Source of the DNA: Pseudomonadota bacterium
GTDB lineage: Bacteria; Pseudomonadota; Gammaproteobacteria; Burkholderiales; Methylophilaceae
Length of the DNA stretch: 64,000 nt
Assembly (NCBI GenBank): GCA_029563075.1
Contig: JAKQTN010000069.1
Location: 7,618-71,617 of the forward strand
Direction: 5' to 3'
This document shows, piece by piece, positions 21,318-31,665 of this stretch. Made by a program: the position numbers and the translations under genes. The notes under the pieces are model-generated. The model had not been told where the DNA came from and ran no database searches. It saw only the letters and a list, made by a program, of their open reading frames with translations. The number at the start of each line of letters is the position of its first letter. The first letter of the stretch is position 1.

Positions 21318-21352
21318 AAAAAAGCGCGGGTAAGTACTAGACTTAACCGCGC
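21318..21352 (-). terminator. Rho-independent terminator of the pentapeptide-repeat gene
   Basis: Minus strand GCGCGGTTAAGT-ctagt-ACTTACCCGCGC-TTTTTT. Confidence 0.7.
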
Positions 21353-21376
21353 CAGACTAGATAAGCTAATAGTTAG

Positions 21377-22426
21377 CTAGAATCTCGCGCCCATTTTGCA
21401 GGCGCTCTTTGCTGGATTCTCAGCCGTCATCATATTAGCTTCACTTAACTTTTTTGTTTCTGGCACCTCTGCCACCAGCGCGCAATTTACACATTTACCT
21501 TTGGCTTCATCGTAGCCTTTAATCGCTTCCAGGCCTTTTACGTTGGTCATAATCGTTCCGTCTAATATAGCCTCACCCATTTTTGCACCGGTAATATCGG
21601 CGCCTGTTAAATCGGCTTTGCTAAAATCGGCGCGGAACAAATCCGTATTGCGTAAGTTGGCATTGCGTAAATTAGCAAACCTGAAGTTGCTGCGATTAAT
21701 ATCTGCGCCTTCAAAATTGGTATTAGCAAAATTGCCGCCAATCGCATCAAAGCGCATGGCGCCCATCGGCTGGTTGCCAATATCCAGGCCAAAGCGACCG
21801 TTTTTAATGACGGCGTTGCTCATATTCACATCGCCTAGCGTGCCTATCATGCGGGCATTGGTGAGGTTGGCGCCTTCAAAATTCACTTTATCAAAAATAG
21901 CCTGAAAAATCGTGGCATCTGTTAAATCAGCTTTGCTTAGGTCTGCACCTTCAAGTCGGGCCAAATTTAAATAACTTTTCTGCATATTGGCACCGCTTAA
22001 ATTCGCGCCGCGTAGATAGGCGCCAAAAAAGCTGGTATTCACCATTTTGCAGTGGCGCAAATCCATTTTATCGAACTCTAAGTAACCTGCATCCTTATTG
22101 CTCAAATCACAGGTTTTGCTGTTAATTTGCTTCAGTGCATCGGCCTGGCTGATTTTTTCGCGCTCAGGCTCAGCGTTTTTAGCATAAAAAGCAGCTGCTT
22201 TGGTAATCGTATTGTCCGGGTCAAGCAAAAATGAATCTTTTGCAGCCTGATTACCAAAACAATAGGTTTTGCCTTTATATAATTCGTTAATCTCACATTT
22301 TGTTTTGACCAGAGCGCCATTGGATAAACCGGTGGTGCAGTGGTCGCCAAATTCACCTGCAAAGGCCATGCTGGTAAATAGCAGCGTCGCGCTGGCAAGC
22401 ATTACTTTTAAAGTTTTCATCATCAT
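21377..22426 (-). CDS. Secreted pentapeptide-repeat protein with N-terminal YHS-like domain
   Basis: Signal peptide MKTLKVMLASATLLFTSMAFA, YKGKTYCFGNQAAKDSFLLDPD, then A(D/N)Lxx repeats. Start is one of three tandem ATGs (22420-22426). Confidence 0.8.
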   Translation of the reverse strand: MMMKTLKVMLASATLLFTSMAFAGEFGDHCTTGLSNGALVKTKCEINELYKGKTYCFGNQAAKDSFLLDPDNTITKAAAFYAKNAEPEREKISQADALKQINSKTCDLSNKDAGYLEFDKMDLRHCKMVNTSFFGAYLRGANLSGANMQKSYLNLARLEGADLSKADLTDATIFQAIFDKVNFEGANLTNARMIGTLGDVNMSNAVIKNGRFGLDIGNQPMGAMRFDAIGGNFANTNFEGADINRSNFRFANLRNANLRNTDLFRADFSKADLTGADITGAKMGEAILDGTIMTNVKGLEAIKGYDEAKGKCVNCALVAEVPETKKLSEANMMTAENPAKSACKMGARF

Positions 22427-22701
22427 TCTCCAGTAGTTTAGTATTGCCGTCTGTCGCGGCATGTGGGCAAGTATAGGCGTATGGCAAACCTGCACAGTAA
22501 CTCCAGTCACATAACAAATTTGATTGTTTAATCAGCCGTTGATTCATTGTAATTCACTACTTCTATTCGCTAAGTAAAATCATGAGTTACAGTTTATTTA
22601 CAATTTGAAGTCGGCAAAGTTTAAAGCGGCCTCGTTGAACACTCACCTGCACAATGTTTTTTGGTAATAATAATTGCAGAGATAACTAAGGAGATTTAAA
22701 A

Positions 22702-23340
22702 ATGCGTAACACATTATTATTTGGTTTAATAGCTGCGACTGTTTCATTGCCTGCACTGGCAAGCCATGATGATCGTGACGATAATTACGAAGACCGCGCC
22801 CGTGTCATTTCTGTGGCGCCACAATATGAGCGTGTGAACTCGCCACGTCAGGAATGCCGTACTGAGTACGTGCGAGAAAGTTATTACGAAGCGCCACAAC
22901 GTTCATTGGGTGGTGCGGTTATTGGCGGTGTAACGGGCGGCCTGCTAGGCAGCACGATTGGTCGTGGCAATGGCCGTGTAGCGGCTGCTGCTGTGGGTGC
23001 TGGCGTAGGGGCCATTGTCGGGGATCGTGTAGATAATGATCGTGGTTATGGCAACCGTGGCCGCGAGCGTGTAGAAACGCGTCCGGTTGAGCGTTGCGAG
23101 ACGGTGGACAATTGGCAAAACATTCCTGCCGGTTACCTGGTAAATTACGAGTATAACGGCCGTCAATATTCAACGGTAACGGACCGTGACCCAGGCCGCT
23201 TTATTCCAGTAAATGTTTCAGTTAGGTCTGGTGGTTATGTGTCACAAGTAAGTTATCGTGAAGGCCGAGGCGAGCGTAGAGGCTGGAAGAGGGGCCACGG
23301 TTATGGGCATCGTAAACATCACGACCGTGATTACTGGTAG
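22702..23340 (+). CDS. Glycine-zipper 2TM domain protein
   Basis: Signal peptide, GGAVIGGVTGGLLGSTIG...AVGAGVGAIVG, strong AAGGAG RBS. Confidence 0.8.
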   Translation: MRNTLLFGLIAATVSLPALASHDDRDDNYEDRARVISVAPQYERVNSPRQECRTEYVRESYYEAPQRSLGGAVIGGVTGGLLGSTIGRGNGRVAAAAVGAGVGAIVGDRVDNDRGYGNRGRERVETRPVERCETVDNWQNIPAGYLVNYEYNGRQYSTVTDRDPGRFIPVNVSVRSGGYVSQVSYREGRGERRGWKRGHGYGHRKHHDRDYW

Positions 23341-23355
23341 TTGTTCGTAAGTCAG

Positions 23356-23394
23356 AAAGCCGCACCCCGTATTGATTAGGGAGGCGGCTTTTTT
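23356..23394 (+). terminator. Rho-independent terminator
   Basis: AAAGCCGC...GCGGCTTTTTT. Confidence 0.7.
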
Positions 23395-23446
23395 ATTGGG
23401 CGGATGCTGGCGCTAAAAGTTTGGCTTAAATGCTAAAATAGCCAGC

Positions 23447-23950
23447 ATGTTCGCTTTTCTTCAGAAATTGTTTCAATCCAAAGGACTCAATGCAGCGCTT
23501 GCCTGGCAGCAGGCTGGCAATCAGGCGGGGAGCGCTTACTGGCTATATGCCGCACCAGTGCATCTGGTGCTGCAGCGTGATAGCTTCAGTTTGGCTGCAC
23601 CCGCACCTTTGTTGCTGGAAAGCCATGAAGCAGCTGCCCTGACAAACGCTTTCAATCAGCATTTCTCCAATGATGGCATGCAGTTTTTCTGGCATGAAAC
23701 CACCTGGTTCCTAAGCTTGCAATCCAATCCTCACATAGAAACGAGCGCGCCAGAAACCGCATTGAATAAGGATATTAGCGCATATTTGCCAACAGGTGCG
23801 GGTGCAATCCAATGGGCCGCATTTCAAAACGAACTGCAAATGCTGTTGTTCGAACATCCTGTCAATCTGGCGCGCGAAGCCAAGCGCTTGCCGGTCATCA
23901 ACAGCATCTGGTGTTACGGTGGTGGGCAGTTGGTCAATGATGCAGATTAA
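23447..23950 (+). CDS. Conserved recJ-upstream protein (short form of the RpfE/phosphoglycerate-mutase-like family)
   Basis: APVHL, NELQMLLFEHPVNLAREA and INSIWCYGGG motifs; overlaps the recJ start. Confidence 0.6.
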   Translation: MFAFLQKLFQSKGLNAALAWQQAGNQAGSAYWLYAAPVHLVLQRDSFSLAAPAPLLLESHEAAALTNAFNQHFSNDGMQFFWHETTWFLSLQSNPHIETSAPETALNKDISAYLPTGAGAIQWAAFQNELQMLLFEHPVNLAREAKRLPVINSIWCYGGGQLVNDAD

Positions 23951-25637
23951 GACGAGGACAGTGAATGAAAGTGCGTATCAGCACCTGCTAGAGGCGGGCG
24001 TAGCGCCGCTGCTCGCAAGGCTGTATGCGGGGCGCGGTGTGGTTGATAAAAGCGAATTGGAAACTTCTTTGGCTGGAATCATCCCACCCGAACGACTCAC
24101 CAATAGTGCTGAAATGGCGAAACTTTTGGCCGATGCAATTCAGCAGAATAAAAAAATCCTTGTGATCGGCGACTACGATGCAGATGGCGCAACCGCCACG
24201 GCAGTAGCGGTAAAGGGCTTGCGTAGTATGGGCGCTAACGTCGATTTTCTCGTGCCCAACCGCTTTGAATATGGTTACGGCTTAACGCCTGAAATCGTCG
24301 CGCTCGCCGCCATGCAAAATCCGGATATTCTGATCACGGTGGATAACGGCATCGCCAGTGTCGATGGCGTAAAAGCTGCGAATTCACTGGGGCTGCAGGT
24401 ACTGGTTACCGATCACCATTTGCCAGGCGACACTACGCCAGATGCCACTTGCATCGTGAACCCCAATCAACATGGCTGCAATTTTCCCAGTAAAAATCTC
24501 GCTGGCGTCGGCGTCATGTTTTACGTGCTGCTGGCGTTGCGCGCAGAGCTTCGAGCGCGCGGAGCTTTTGAAAACCGACTTGAACCCAATTTGACGGAGT
24601 TGCTAGATTTGGTCGCACTGGGCACGGTGGCTGATCTGGTGAAGTTGGACGTCAACAACCGCATTCTGGTCGAGCAGGGCTTGCGCCGCATCCGCGCAAA
24701 TGCTTGCTGTGCAGGCATTACAGCATTGCTGAAAATCGCCGGAAAATCACCCGAAAAAACCACTGCGCAGGATCTGGGCTTTTACGTAGGGCCGCGCCTC
24801 AATGCGGCTGGCAGGCTGGATGATATGCGGCTGGGCATCTCCTGCTTGCTGGCAGGAACGGAAACCGATGCGCTGCAAAAAGCACAGACGCTGCATGAGC
24901 TGAACATGGAGCGGCGTAATATCGAGTCCGATATGCAGGACAGTGCGCTAACAGCGCTGGATAACATTGAAGTGGCCGAACAATTCAGCCTGAGTCTGTA
25001 TCAGCCCGATTGGCATCAAGGCGTCATCGGCATTCTGGCTTCGCGCTTGAAAGAAAAATATCATCGTCCTACGCTTGTGTTTGCAGATGCGGGCGAAGGG
25101 GTATTGAAAGGGTCTGGCCGCTCCATTGCCGGCTTGCATTTGCGCGACGCACTGGATTTAGTCACCAAACATCATCCGCAATTGATTATCAAGTTTGGCG
25201 GCCACGCCATGGCAGCGGGCCTGAGCATTCGTGAAGTGGATTTCTTAGCATTTCAGCAGGCGTTTGAAGCTGTGACCCGCACACTGCTAAATGAGGCAGA
25301 TTTGCAAGCGGTAATGGAAACTGATGGCAATTTAAGCGCAAATGAGATTAGCCTGCAGGCCGCGCAGACACTGGCTTCCCAGGCATGGGGTCAAGGCTTT
25401 CCGCTACCGCTGTTTAACGATGATTTTAAAGTGATTAATCAGCGCGTTATCGGCGAAAAACATTCGAAGCTAATATTAGAAAAAGAGCAAAAACGGTTTG
25501 ATGCGATTTATTTTAATTGTAGCGATGATTTGCCTGAAACCATTACCGCGGTATATGCCATGGAAGCCAATGAATACAAGGGGTTGCAGACGTTGCAATT
25601 GCAGATAAAGCACGTGTTTAATAATAATTTCACTTGA
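23937..25637 (+). CDS. recJ: ssDNA exonuclease RecJ
   Basis: GDYDADGAT, ITVDNG, TDHH (DHH), GSGRS, GGHAMAAG. Start corrected to ATG 23937/23940. Confidence 0.96.
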   Translation: MMQIKTRTVNESAYQHLLEAGVAPLLARLYAGRGVVDKSELETSLAGIIPPERLTNSAEMAKLLADAIQQNKKILVIGDYDADGATATAVAVKGLRSMGANVDFLVPNRFEYGYGLTPEIVALAAMQNPDILITVDNGIASVDGVKAANSLGLQVLVTDHHLPGDTTPDATCIVNPNQHGCNFPSKNLAGVGVMFYVLLALRAELRARGAFENRLEPNLTELLDLVALGTVADLVKLDVNNRILVEQGLRRIRANACCAGITALLKIAGKSPEKTTAQDLGFYVGPRLNAAGRLDDMRLGISCLLAGTETDALQKAQTLHELNMERRNIESDMQDSALTALDNIEVAEQFSLSLYQPDWHQGVIGILASRLKEKYHRPTLVFADAGEGVLKGSGRSIAGLHLRDALDLVTKHHPQLIIKFGGHAMAAGLSIREVDFLAFQQAFEAVTRTLLNEADLQAVMETDGNLSANEISLQAAQTLASQAWGQGFPLPLFNDDFKVINQRVIGEKHSKLILEKEQKRFDAIYFNCSDDLPETITAVYAMEANEYKGLQTLQLQIKHVFNNNFT

Positions 25638-25703
25638 AACTTTTACCAATAATCGCTATCTTATCGATGTTGCCATTTGGCAAGTTTTTATAAGGAAATA
25701 ACA

Positions 25704-26390
25704 ATGTCAGATAATATTCAAGTATTAGGCCGTGAAGGTAGTTTAGCCACGCAAAACAAGGTGCTGCGCAACACTTACGCCATGCTTGGCCTGACCATGA
25801 TTCCAACCGTGATTGGTGCGATGATTGGCATGAAAATGAATTTTGCGTTCGCGGCAGAGCATCCATTTATGTTTGCAATTGGCGCGTTGGCGGTGATGTA
25901 CGGTCTGTTTGCGGCGATTTCTGCAAATCGTAACAGCAGCATTGGTGTGGTGTTATTGTTAGGTCTCACCTTTGTATTAGGTTTGATGTTAGGGCCGATT
26001 TTGCAACATGCGCTGAATTTAAGTAATGGCGCTCAGATCGTTGGCCTGGCCGCAGGCGGCACCGGTGTGATATTGATGACCATGGCGGGCATTGCAACTA
26101 CCACCAAAAAAGACTTCAGCTTTATGGGCAAGTTTTTACTGGTGGGTATTATTTTGCTGATTGTGGCCTCGTTAGCCAATATCTTTTTACAAATCCCAGC
26201 GATGACACTGGCGCTATCCGGCGTGGGTGTACTGCTGTTCTCCGGCTTTATTTTGTATGACGTAAGCCGCATTGTCACGGGGGGCGAAACCAATTACATC
26301 ATGGCAACTTTAAGCCTGTACATGAGCATCTACAACCTGTTCACCAGTTTGCTGCAATTGTTGATGGGCTTAATGGGCAGTAACGATTAA
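25704..26390 (+). CDS. yccA: Bax inhibitor-1/YccA membrane protein
   Basis: NKVLRNTYAML, ILYDVSRI, GGETNYIMATLSLYMSIYNLF; AAGGA RBS before ATG 25704. Confidence 0.9.
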   Translation: MSDNIQVLGREGSLATQNKVLRNTYAMLGLTMIPTVIGAMIGMKMNFAFAAEHPFMFAIGALAVMYGLFAAISANRNSSIGVVLLLGLTFVLGLMLGPILQHALNLSNGAQIVGLAAGGTGVILMTMAGIATTTKKDFSFMGKFLLVGIILLIVASLANIFLQIPAMTLALSGVGVLLFSGFILYDVSRIVTGGETNYIMATLSLYMSIYNLFTSLLQLLMGLMGSND

Positions 26391-26406
26391 GTGATTTTTA
26401 AGCTAT

Positions 26407-26433
26407 AAAAAACCCGCCAAGTGCGGGTTTTTT
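26407..26433. terminator. Bidirectional terminator
   Basis: AAAAAACCCGC-caagt-GCGGGTTTTTT between convergent yccA and tadA. Confidence 0.85.
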
Positions 26434-26448
26434 ATTTGGTGCGGATTT

Positions 26449-26964
<516 letters not shown>

Positions 26965-27017
26965 TTAATATTAGCACACCAAAGTATCAAAAATTGGCAC
27001 ATGAAAGGTGTTGTCTT

Positions 27018-27719
27018 ATGCAGATCAGAGCCTCACATGAGCGCGGACATGCGAACCACGGCTGGCTGGATAGCTACCATTCCTTCTCGTTCGCTCATTA
27101 TTACGACCCGGATTGGATGGGGTATTCGGTATTGCGCGTGATTAATGAGGACGTGATTGCGCCCGCACAAGGCTTTGGCATGCATTCGCACGACAATATG
27201 GAAATTATCACCTATATTATGCAAGGCAATTTAGCGCATAAAGATAGCCTAGGCAATGTGGAAGTGATTAAGCAAGGCCACGTGCAGCGTATGACTGCTG
27301 GCACGGGGATCAGGCATAGCGAGTTCAATGGGTCTGACACCGAACCCGTGCATTTGCTGCAAATCTGGATTATGCCGAATCAGCAGAATTTGCCGCCGAG
27401 TTATGAGGATAAGTTTTTTACCGATGCGCAAAAGCTGAACCAATGGTGTTTGCTGGCGTCAGAAAATGGTGAAAATGACTCGCTTACAGTTCATCAGGAC
27501 ATGGCGCTCTATGCGGCAAAATTAAGTGAACAAAAGCAGCTGGAATATGCGCTTAAAGAGGGCCGCTGCGCTTATTTGCAATTGGTGAGCGGTTGCATGG
27601 AAATTAACCGGAAGCAACTTGATGCAGGCGATGCGGCAATGTTCGATTCTGTCCAGACAGTTCAGATTAAAGCCACCGATAACGCAGAAATATTATTGTT
27701 TGATTTGCCAAAACTCTAA
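27018..27719 (+). CDS. Pirin-family protein (YhhW-like)
   Basis: HGWLDSYHSFSFA, GFGMHSHDNMEIITY, GTGIRHSEFN. Confidence 0.9.
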   Translation: MQIRASHERGHANHGWLDSYHSFSFAHYYDPDWMGYSVLRVINEDVIAPAQGFGMHSHDNMEIITYIMQGNLAHKDSLGNVEVIKQGHVQRMTAGTGIRHSEFNGSDTEPVHLLQIWIMPNQQNLPPSYEDKFFTDAQKLNQWCLLASENGENDSLTVHQDMALYAAKLSEQKQLEYALKEGRCAYLQLVSGCMEINRKQLDAGDAAMFDSVQTVQIKATDNAEILLFDLPKL

Positions 27720-27735
27720 TTAACAGGAGAATAAC

Positions 27736-28341
27736 GTGAATAGTTTAATTAAAAACATTGCCCTGGGAGCCGCTCTGGTATTGGTCTGTAGCCATGCACT
27801 TGCAGAGCAGGAAGCCTATAAGATTGATGAGAACCATAGCTTCGCCAACTGGAGCATTCGCCACGTGGCCTCAAAAACTTCGGGCATGTTCAGTGACATC
27901 AAAGGCAACATAATGATCGATCCGAATAATCTGGCCAATTCGTCGGTGGAGGCGAAAATCAATATGTTGAGCGTCTATAGTGGCCATGCCAAGCGTGATA
28001 AGCACATTAAGGAAGCAGAGTATTTAGATACCGATAAGTTTGCCGAAATGACCTTTGTAAGCAAAAAAATAGAAGCAAAATCCAATACCGAAGGCGTGAT
28101 GACAGGCATCCTGACCATGCATGGCGTCGCAAAAGAAATCACCTTTCCCTTTAAAGTGCTAGGTTTTGGCAGCGACCCTTGGGGCGGCCACAGATCCGGC
28201 TTCGAGGCGCGCACTTCACTCAAAGCGAGCGATTTTGGCTTTACCTGGCCGTTTAAAAAAGATGCGCCGGTAGGGGACGATGTTGAGATTACGCTGCTGA
28301 TTGAGGGTGTAAAATTACCAGCAGCGAATCCAGCTAAGTAG
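27736..28341 (+). CDS. YceI-family periplasmic lipid/polyisoprenoid-binding protein
   Basis: Signal peptide, YKIDENHS, RDKHI, G.LTMHGV, DPWGG.R.GF. Confidence 0.9.
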   Translation: MNSLIKNIALGAALVLVCSHALAEQEAYKIDENHSFANWSIRHVASKTSGMFSDIKGNIMIDPNNLANSSVEAKINMLSVYSGHAKRDKHIKEAEYLDTDKFAEMTFVSKKIEAKSNTEGVMTGILTMHGVAKEITFPFKVLGFGSDPWGGHRSGFEARTSLKASDFGFTWPFKKDAPVGDDVEITLLIEGVKLPAANPAK

Positions 28342-28371
28342 TATCGTCAACCAAATAAATCAGGATTAAAC

Positions 28372-28974
28372 ATGCAAAAGCCCGCCATTACCCAAGTACC
28401 AATTAATGAGACGATTGCCAATCGCTGGAGCGGACGCGCTTACGATGCCGCCAAACCGGTCACGCAAGCGCAAGTCATCGCCTTGCTGGAGGCCGCGCGC
28501 TGGGCGCCTTCGTGCTATGGCGATCAGCCTTGGCGCTTTATCGTGTGGGATAAAAATACAGATAAAAATGCCTGGCAACGCGCGTTTGATTGCCTGGCGC
28601 CCGGCAACCAGAGTTGGGTGAAAGATGCGCCTGTATTAATGCTGGTATGTGCCGACACATTATTTGGCCATAACCAGCAGGCAAACCGCTGGTCGCAATA
28701 CGATACCGGCGCGGCGGCAGAGAACCTGTGTCTTCAGGCAAGCAGCATGGACTTGATGGCGCACCAGATGGGCGGATTTGATGCAGATAAGACACGTGCG
28801 GATTTCGCGATTCCAGCGCAATTCACGCCCATGGCGATGGTTTGCGTGGGTTATCCTGCCGACATTGCCACCGTTACCGGCGAAGCTTTAACGCGCGAAA
28901 CGGCAGCGCGTAAGCGCAAATCTCTGGGCGAGTTGTTCTTTACAGAAACTTGGGGCAGGCCAATTCAGACATAA
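28372..28974 (+). CDS. Nitroreductase-family protein
   Basis: RWSGRAY, AARWAPS..G.QPWRF, HQMGGFD. Confidence 0.9.
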   Translation: MQKPAITQVPINETIANRWSGRAYDAAKPVTQAQVIALLEAARWAPSCYGDQPWRFIVWDKNTDKNAWQRAFDCLAPGNQSWVKDAPVLMLVCADTLFGHNQQANRWSQYDTGAAAENLCLQASSMDLMAHQMGGFDADKTRADFAIPAQFTPMAMVCVGYPADIATVTGEALTRETAARKRKSLGELFFTETWGRPIQT

Positions 28975-29152
28975 AGCTAATAAAACAGATGCTCTGGAAG
29001 CCGCATGGATATTGGCTTGCGCGGCATCTAGTTTAAGTGTTTTTGTATGCACAATAATAAATTAACACCTTAGAGACCAAGACGGATAAGCGCTTAACTA
29101 AAAAGCCAAGCTCTGTTAGAATCACGCGTTACTAAATTTAAGGCAAAAAATC

Positions 29153-29524
29153 ATGGCGGTTGTGACATTAACTAAAGCAAACTTTAAAGACACGATTGAA
29201 AATAACGATTTCGTGATCGTGGATTTCTGGGCACCGTGGTGCGATCCTTGCGTGGCCTTTACGCCTACATTTGAGGCGGCCGCAGCGAAGAACCCGGACA
29301 TCGTGTTTGGCATGGTGAATACAGAAGCTGACCCGGAAATCAGCGATTATTTCGAGGTGGCGCAAATCCCTGGTATTCTGGTGGTTCGCGAGCAAGCGGG
29401 CATACATACCCAGGTGGGCGAGATCGGTGCGCCGGCGCTGGATGAAATCATCAAATGGGCGCGCGAGCGTGATATGACGGTGGTGCGCGAACATTATGCT
29501 GCTGAAGCTGCTAAAAAGAGTTAG
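29153..29524 (+). CDS. Thioredoxin-family protein (WCDPC active site)
   Basis: VIVDFWAPWCDPC within a thioredoxin fold. Confidence 0.88.
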   Translation: MAVVTLTKANFKDTIENNDFVIVDFWAPWCDPCVAFTPTFEAAAAKNPDIVFGMVNTEADPEISDYFEVAQIPGILVVREQAGIHTQVGEIGAPALDEIIKWARERDMTVVREHYAAEAAKKS

Positions 29525-29552
29525 TTAGCATCGTTGTAAATAGTAGTCTTGT

Positions 29553-29583
29553 AAAAAAAGCCACTTTTTGAAGTGGCTTTTTT
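29553..29583. terminator. Bidirectional terminator
   Basis: AAAAAAAGCCACTT-tttg-AAGTGGCTTTTTT. Confidence 0.85.
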
Positions 29584-29597
29584 ATTGCGTAATTTAG

Positions 29598-29975
29598 TTA
29601 AAACCCACCCGTCGTGATAATGCGGTAAACATAAAACAAGCCGACCGCCATCATGGCGTACAAGGGTATATTGCCGGATTTCTTGCTTTCATTTTTGTTC
29701 GGAGTAGACATCCAGCGATTGAGCAGCCATGCCGCAAAAATAATCACCGGGATGAACATCATGTGCGTGGTGGAATCAAACAGCCATGCCAGAGCGGTTT
29801 TCAACCAGCCGCCTTCTTTAAAGAACTCCATGGCGATGCCGATAATTCCGATGATCATCAGCCCGAAACCCACGACAGACAACAGCGTTTTTGAAAGGGT
29901 ATCAGCCTTGATATCGGCATTCTTTGCGTATTTGTTGGGATCTTTCTTGTAGTTTTTCGGTGCGGCCATGGTCAT
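29598..29975 (-). CDS. Hypothetical membrane protein (3 TM)
   Basis: Three hydrophobic segments; GGAG RBS; directly downstream of nlpD. Confidence 0.65.
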   Translation of the reverse strand: MTMAAPKNYKKDPNKYAKNADIKADTLSKTLLSVVGFGLMIIGIIGIAMEFFKEGGWLKTALAWLFDSTTHMMFIPVIIFAAWLLNRWMSTPNKNESKKSGNIPLYAMMAVGLFYVYRIITTGGF

Positions 29976-29995
29976 CTCCCGGATGATGTAATGTG

Positions 29996-30982
29996 CTAAT
30001 TCTGATTCAGATACTTGGCCGGGTCAACTGATTTACCTAGGCGGCGAATCTCGAAATGCAGTTTGACCGTGCTGGAGTCGGTATTGCCCATTTCGGCGAT
30101 TTTCTGGCCAGCCGTCACGATTTGGCCTTCTTTTGCCACGATTTTGCTGTTATGCGCGTACACCGATAAGTAAGTTTTATTGTGCTTAACAATAACCAGC
30201 TTGCCATAGCCGCGCAAGTCGGAGCCGGTATAAATCACCTTGCCGCTGCTGGCGGCGAGAATCGCCTGGCCTGTAGCGCCTCCAATATCAATACCTTTGT
30301 TGCTGGCTTCGTTAAAGCCGGCAACCACTTTGCCTTGTGTGGGCCATGCCCAGGTAATGGATTCATCGTCGGCAGGGCTGGCGATGTCAGGTTTTGTATC
30401 GGCAGGTTTTGTGTCAGCGGGTTTGGCTTCTGCAGGTTTGGTTTCTACAGGCTTGGCGGCGGGGGGTGGCGTGGCACGGTTGAGTGCTTCCAGACTATAA
30501 GGCTCACGTACGGCTTTGGGCTCGGTTAACACCGGGGTTACTGCAGAAGGCGCTGCTTTGGTTTCCACTACGGTTTTATCACCTATTACCGGTTCAGTTT
30601 TCATCGGCGTAATCACAACGCCATCTTCCGTGGTGCTGGCTTCTTCTATGACCGCTGCAGGTTTGGTTTTGAAGCTGGATAAATCGATTTTCTGCCCAAT
30701 TTTAATCGGGTAGGGCGGCTCAATATGGTTGGCTGTGGCAATCTCTTTGTAATCAAGCCCGTATTCCAAGCCGATCCCAAACAAGGTATCGCCCTTTTTG
30801 ACGATATGGCTATCCGGCCGCCAGTCCTTACCTCCGTTGGCAGTTGCTATTTTAGTATCAGTTGCTTTGGCTTCGGTTGGTTTTTCTTTGGGTGTTTGCG
30901 GTGCGCGCTCAATCACTGGCGCGGGCGGATTGGTTTCGCAAGCGGTTAAAAATAATATCAATAGAATTGCAGTAAAACGCAT
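29996..30982 (-). CDS. nlpD: LysM/M23 lipoprotein NlpD
   Basis: Lipobox LTAC, LysM (HIVKKGDTLFGI), KP(A/V)(D/E)TK repeats, M23 YAHN...LHFEIR. Confidence 0.92.
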   Translation of the reverse strand: MRFTAILLILFLTACETNPPAPVIERAPQTPKEKPTEAKATDTKIATANGGKDWRPDSHIVKKGDTLFGIGLEYGLDYKEIATANHIEPPYPIKIGQKIDLSSFKTKPAAVIEEASTTEDGVVITPMKTEPVIGDKTVVETKAAPSAVTPVLTEPKAVREPYSLEALNRATPPPAAKPVETKPAEAKPADTKPADTKPDIASPADDESITWAWPTQGKVVAGFNEASNKGIDIGGATGQAILAASSGKVIYTGSDLRGYGKLVIVKHNKTYLSVYAHNSKIVAKEGQIVTAGQKIAEMGNTDSSTVKLHFEIRRLGKSVDPAKYLNQN

Positions 30983-31663
30983 CTAGCTTACTCCGCCTAA
31001 TAAAGGCACAAATTTTACCGGTTCCAGCTTGGTCTGTTTATATTCGTTGCCAGATTGGGCATTAGTGCGTTCGATCAGGTACAGTGTTTGCGTGCTGGTG
31101 CCGATGGGAATCACCATGCGCCCGCCGACAGCAAGCTGTACGAGCAGTTCTTCTGGCACATGGCTCGCGGCAGCGGTCACCATGATGCCGTCAAACGGTG
31201 CATATTCGCCCAGCCCGGCGCTTCCGTCTGCGTGATCCAGCTTCACATTGGTGCATTTGAGTGTGCGTAAATGGCCGCGCGCTTTCATCACCAGCGGGCG
31301 GATGCGCTCAAGCGAGAGCACCTCTTTAGAAACGCGTGACAGAACAGCAGTCTGGTAACCGCAGCCAGTGCCGATTTCCAGCACTTTATTGAGCTGTTTG
31401 CCATGACGCAGAATCTCGGTCATGCGTGCCACAATATACGGCTGTGAAATGGTCTGGCTATAGCCGATAGGCAGCGAAACATCTTCGTAAGCGCGAATCG
31501 ACAAGGCCTCATCCACAAAGATATGGCGCGGAATCTCGCCCATGACATGCAACACGACTTCATCCTTAATGCCTTGCTCTCGCAGACGGGTCAGCATGCG
31601 CTCACGCGTGCGGAGCGAAGTCATGCCGATACCGCTTTTTGTACTTGGTCTTGCCAGCGCCAT
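30983..31663 (-). CDS. pcm: Protein-L-isoaspartate O-methyltransferase
   Basis: [28 protein letters not shown]. Confidence 0.95.
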   Translation of the reverse strand: MALARPSTKSGIGMTSLRTRERMLTRLREQGIKDEVVLHVMGEIPRHIFVDEALSIRAYEDVSLPIGYSQTISQPYIVARMTEILRHGKQLNKVLEIGTGCGYQTAVLSRVSKEVLSLERIRPLVMKARGHLRTLKCTNVKLDHADGSAGLGEYAPFDGIMVTAAASHVPEELLVQLAVGGRMVIPIGTSTQTLYLIERTNAQSGNEYKQTKLEPVKFVPLLGGVS

Positions 31664-31665
31664 AA

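Noticed and set aside
21400-21500. CVNC in the pentapeptide protein as a c-type haem site
   Set aside because: It lacks the His of CxxCH.
28985-29035. Imperfect inverted repeat after the nitroreductase gene (AGATGC..AAGCC..GGCTT..GCATCT)
   Set aside because: It is a single weak copy in the window with no terminal repeats or target duplication; it cannot be distinguished from a terminator.
30380-30460. Tandem repeats in nlpD (KPADT units)
   Set aside because: This is an ordinary low-complexity linker, not a CRISPR or VNTR system.
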